From a bacterium (GTDB lineage Bacteria > Zhuqueibacterota > Zhuqueibacteria > Residuimicrobiales > Krinioviventaceae), in contig CAXXMD010000003.1 of assembly GCA_963675755.2 (NCBI GenBank), positions 3,456,001 to 3,520,000 of the forward strand: a DNA stretch of 64,000 bases, read 5' to 3'. Position numbers and translations under genes: made by a program. Every line of letters begins with the position of its first letter. Position 1 is the first letter of the stretch. The notes under the pieces are model-generated. The model ran no database searches, had not been told where the DNA came from, and worked only from the letters and a program-made list of their open reading frames with translations. Of this stretch, positions 62,285 through 64,000 are shown piece by piece.

Positions 62285-62334
62285 TTGAGAGCATCCGGGT
62301 GATATTTGACAGATCCTGGATGAGGCTGCCATGA
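62191..62334 (+). CDS. 47-aa hydrophobic small protein (not in the ORF track)
   Basis: GGAGG upstream; MQRTEDGY...ILGYIGVGIILIESIRVIF...; ATGA overlap with 62331. Confidence 0.55.
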   Translation: MQRTEDGYIITNDDIRKARDILGYIGVGIILIESIRVIFDRSWMRLP

Positions 62335-62573
62335 AGGCATACATGATGCGTATCAAGGTCAATCCCCAGGCATTAGTCAAATTCACCAGTCTCTTGAGCA
62401 ACTCGTTACTGCTTTCAGCAAATGCCTTTTTACTGGGATCTGATATCCAAAGGCGGATACAGGAGAAAAAGACTGAAACCACTGCAAATCGTATCCAGAT
62501 TACAGCTGAAGCTGCAGCGGCAATCTCCGGCTTGGCTAAGGTCATCGTTCAGTCCATCGAGACGAACAAGTGA
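62331..62573 (+). CDS. Small hypothetical protein
   Basis: ATGA overlap at the 5' end and GTGA overlap at the 3' end. Confidence 0.6.
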   Translation: MKAYMMRIKVNPQALVKFTSLLSNSLLLSANAFLLGSDIQRRIQEKKTETTANRIQITAEAAAAISGLAKVIVQSIETNK

Positions 62574-63091
62574 GAGATGTAAAACTATTCGGAGAGCTGG
62601 ATCGTCGTGACATCGCGAATAATCTGTATTGTTATTACTGTGGTAATACCAATCAATGGCAGATAGATATCCGGGTGAGATTCCTCGTCGAAAACGTAGA
62701 CGATGGCATCACATTTCAGATGGATCCGATTCGATCTCAGCGTCTACTCGATGCAGTGCAACGCAATGTCAACCGCATGATAAATCATTCCAACATCGAT
62801 GCAAAGCCGATATTCCATTGTGCCAATTGCGGCAACAATGAACTGGAAATCTTTGAAGCGATGCAGGAGAATTGCTGGAACATTGGGTGCCCTGGATGTG
62901 ATCACTGCTGTAACTGGATCGATGAAGATGAGTTACGGGATCTATGTCTCGAATGCATCGAACATCACAAGGGTGAAGTGGATGATGAGCATTGTTTCAA
63001 CCTGTGTCCGCATTACGATTTCGGGCTGGAACAGGTGCGGAATCACTATGCGATCACACTGGAAGAGTTGATACGTGAAGCGGGGTATTGA
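62570..63091 (+). CDS. Cys-rich metal-binding protein
   Basis: CYYC, CANC, C...CPGCDHCC, CLEC, C...C. Confidence 0.75.
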   Translation: MRDVKLFGELDRRDIANNLYCYYCGNTNQWQIDIRVRFLVENVDDGITFQMDPIRSQRLLDAVQRNVNRMINHSNIDAKPIFHCANCGNNELEIFEAMQENCWNIGCPGCDHCCNWIDEDELRDLCLECIEHHKGEVDDEHCFNLCPHYDFGLEQVRNHYAITLEELIREAGY

Positions 63092-63122
63092 TGTTGGGTA
63101 GCGTATCACGATGCACCAAACC

Positions 63123-63158
63123 AAAAAGGCTGATGGATTTTCCATCGGCCTTTTTTAT
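63123..63158 (+). terminator. Intrinsic terminator
   Basis: aaaaaggctgatgga-ttt-tccatcggcctttttt. Confidence 0.8.
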
Positions 63159-63175
63159 TTAAAGGAGGTGATGTT

Positions 63176-64000
63176 TTGCGTGATGATGAACTACGGTCAA
63201 CGAAGGACCGTCCCGGCTGGCTCTTGCCTTACCTCTTCGCTCTTGATGAAATGTTCTATGGCCGATGGGAGTACTGGCTGCAAGCGGTCATGACGGACCA
63301 AATACCAAAGGAACCTATTCCCCTTATCCACTTTGAACCATCGATGAACTATTCACAGAAACAAGTTCGAAATAACATCGATGCTTGCCTTAGCTACGCT
63401 GAACATTCACATAGCAATGTACTGGAAAAGTTCATTGATTGGATATTATGGGGACTCAACTATCGACACAATGTTGATGTTACCAACATCGATGCAAAGA
63501 CTGATGATTATTGGTACCGGACATTCAACCTTGGATTATTCTACACAGAACCTGCAGATCATTTTGCCGATGTTGCCGCTGATAAAAGAGTCGGTATCGG
63601 AACCGGGTTCTTTCCAACGCCATCGTCAGTAACTGAAATGATGGTCAGGATGAACTTTGGAGATAAACCGTCGCACCAACACAAGCGATTAAGTGTCTGT
63701 GATCCGTGCTGCGGGACCGGCATCATGCTGTTACATGCTTCCAATTACTCATTGAATATGTATGGGATCGATATTCATCCATTGATATACAAAATCGCAT
63801 TGGTGAACAGTTACATCTACGTCCCATGGCTGGCGTATCGTCCAAAGGGCATCGGGATGTTTGATAAGCAGGATGCAATTCGCAAGCTTGAACTGCCGAC
63901 TGGAATCGTCGTTCTTGAGTGTAAAAGATGCGGAAACCATCAGGACTTCATCATGGAGTTGGAAACTGCATGTGAACTTATAGGTGATTCCGGTTTGTGG
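63176..64000 (+). CDS. N6-adenine DNA methyltransferase-like protein, cut by the window end (not in the ORF track)
   Basis: AAGGAGG plus TTG start; open frame to the end; GFFPTP...VCDPCCGTGIML...YGIDI SAM-binding motifs. Confidence 0.8.
   Translation, partial: MRDDELRSTKDRPGWLLPYLFALDEMFYGRWEYWLQAVMTDQIPKEPIPLIHFEPSMNYSQKQVRNNIDACLSYAEHSHSNVLEKFIDWILWGLNYRHNVDVTNIDAKTDDYWYRTFNLGLFYTEPADHFADVAADKRVGIGTGFFPTPSSVTEMMVRMNFGDKPSHQHKRLSVCDPCCGTGIMLLHASNYSLNMYGIDIHPLIYKIALVNSYIYVPWLAYRPKGIGMFDKQDAIRKLELPTGIVVLECKRCGNHQDFIMELETACELIGDSGLW

Larger units (their letters stand above)
44615..64000. mobile_element. Integrated element or genomic island(s) at tRNA-Arg; runs past the window end
   Basis: tRNA fragment boundary, tyrosine integrase, visibly more AT-rich cargo, IS30, resolvase, methylase. 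Confidence 0.8.

Noticed and set aside
175-63940. Numerous short antisense or alternate-frame ORFs in the track
   Set aside because: They overlap well-supported genes and lack motifs; treated as shadow ORFs.

Overview
Bacterial chromosomal window, probably from an FCB-superphylum lineage (Calditrichota/KSB1/Ignavibacteria-like). This is inferred from a 'QNYPNPFNP' C-terminal sorting domain and a FISUMP protein. (1) 1-6.5 kb holds ordinary hydrolase and envelope genes. (2) 6.8-26.8 kb is a large curli-type amyloid locus. It has a PAS kinase, an NtrC-type sigma54 activator, a lone receiver, csgE, csgF and a CsgG fused to a C-terminal beta-barrel. Eight different curlin genes (309-813 aa) follow in tandem, then an OmpA/MotB-domain protein and a TolB-like lipoprotein. 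Candidate sigma54 promoters, TGT-N12-ACA enhancer sites and intergenic hairpins are visible; csgD and csgC are not. (3) 27.4-44.2 kb is an accessory block lying between two tRNA-Arg 3'-end copies. It has regulatory and stress genes, a B12 radical SAM enzyme, a head-to-head junction of two truncated genes, and glycoside hydrolases. (4) 44.2-44.6 kb holds 117-bp tRNA-derived tandem repeats and the displaced 3' half of tRNA-Arg(TCT), which looks like an att site. (5) 44.6 kb to the window end is an integrated element. It carries a csgG relic, a tyrosine integrase, a receiver-less sigma54 activator and an AT-rich five-gene cassette (GH13, ROK, ROK, YdjC, pentapeptide-repeat membrane protein). It also has a dead IS30, a resolvase, a chain of micro-ORFs and a DNA methylase-like gene. 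All calls come from motif recognition by eye; no database search was run.
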